64,000 bases of DNA from Phaeosaccion multiseriatum (taxonomy: Eukaryota > Protista > Ochrophyta, other classes), in assembly GCA_965112735.1 (NCBI GenBank), contig OZ218953.1, forward strand, positions 1,612,001 through 1,676,000. The letters run 5' to 3'. The translations under genes and the position numbers were made by a program. The notes below the pieces were generated by a model. That model worked only from the letters and a program-made list of their open reading frames with translations, had not been told where the DNA came from and made no database searches. Each line of letters starts with the position of its first letter. Within the stretch, counting starts at the first letter, position 1. Of the stretch, positions 62,932 to 64,000 are shown in pieces.

Positions 62932-64000
62932 ATCGGTATTTGTTTGTTTCGTTTTTTCTCTTCGTCGTATCTAATACTTACATCTTCGCGTGAGGCTCGT
63001 AATAGCGTCTCACGTAAGGAAGGAGGGGGGGATGCTGGCACTCATCGCTGGCGACAGAAAGGATGTGCTATCGGCAGCAGCACTGCAGCAGAGCATAAAA
63101 GAAAGGGCGTGCTAGAATAGACTTCAAGCCTGCAAGCAGCACCACTGCAGCAGAGCACCATAGAACTGAAGTTAGTTAAGAGTAAAATGAAATCGTTGTC
63201 GAGTTCAACACACCCCTGGTAATTGGTAATTTATATTATGTTCACATGAGCTGTTGGGTGCGATTGTTCCCCTCTTCTCTCGAAGGGGAAGGTCCTACAA
63301 GAAGGACCTAACCTAGAAGAAGCAAGCCGATGAAGCTAATAGGAGTGCAAGGCGAGAGCCTGACGTTGCCCGCAGGAGGGAGGGACTGGAGGCCCCAAGC
63401 TTCGGGGGGGGGGGTTGGGCAGTCGAGCCCTCTGGCAATCAATCGATTGGGCTTCCTTCGCCCCCCCCCCCCCAATACATACAGGACTTTGGGACAAGGC
63501 CCCTCTCCCACGAGCAGCACAGGGGCTGGCCCTGTCCAGTCCTGTCCAGTGCCGCCACATGTGCACTACCGCCCGCCTGCCTCTCGCACTACGCTTCACT
63601 ATTCACTAGTCACAACGTCTCGAGGTATCTTCATCTCTTACAACCTGTCGAGGTATCTTCATCTCTTGCTCCCTTATCCTTTAGAGCAAGCAGCAAGCAT
63701 GTGGACAGACCCTCCAAATGGGAGGAGTGCGAAAGGCACGCACGCACGCACGCACGCACACACACACGCACGCGGTAGTGCACAAGCTTCGACACGGGGC
63801 TGAAGGCCAGGATCATGGCCAGGTACCAGTGATTGGGTAGGTCGCAGCACAAGCTACCGTGCTTGCCTCGGAATTATATCCTATCGCTTTCCTAGCTCTG
63901 AGTTACCGCCTCAGCCTGCAGAAGATCAGGCTCTCCTCCTGCTCCTCCTCCCACTCCTGCTGCCGCATCTTTCTCCAGCTGCCAGGGCCGCACAGCCATT

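Noticed and set aside
63630-64000. Possible exon fragment on the minus strand at the window end
   Set aside because: Stops in all frames nearby, no recognisable motif, truncated context.

Overview
GC-rich, intron-rich eukaryotic nuclear DNA with microsatellite-filled introns. It is most likely from a plastid-bearing, flagellated stramenopile (ochrophyte), judged from signal peptide + 'SAF' plastid-targeting presequences, stramenopile-type histones and the axonemal protein MNS1. Recognisable housekeeping genes: proteasome RPT5, an iduronate-2-sulfatase-like sulfatase, SNAPC3, a plastid-type TadA, a Kelch/EGF surface protein, three histone H1 genes, a decayed H2A start, histone H4, RSM22/METTL17, MNS1 and a secreted HExxH metalloprotease. 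A collapsed Ty3/Gypsy retroelement lies at about 28.8-31.4 kb. The most striking region is a ~4.3-kb tandem duplication (5.0-13.3 kb) holding a head-to-head pair of spliced, secreted, low-complexity genes that the ORF track shows only as fragments. Both precursors have a signal peptide, an acidic pro-piece, an R-x-L processing motif and a basic Ser/Gly/Lys-rich mature part carrying Tyr/His or Tyr/Trp blocks. This is the architecture of diatom silaffins/cingulins, so the pair is a candidate wall/scale biomineralisation or adhesive system. Second highlight: the histone genes, including intron-containing H1s, end in a 16-nt histone stem-loop followed by an HDE-like (GAAA)GAGAC element, suggesting U7-like 3' processing. 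All gene models were derived by eye; no database searches were run.
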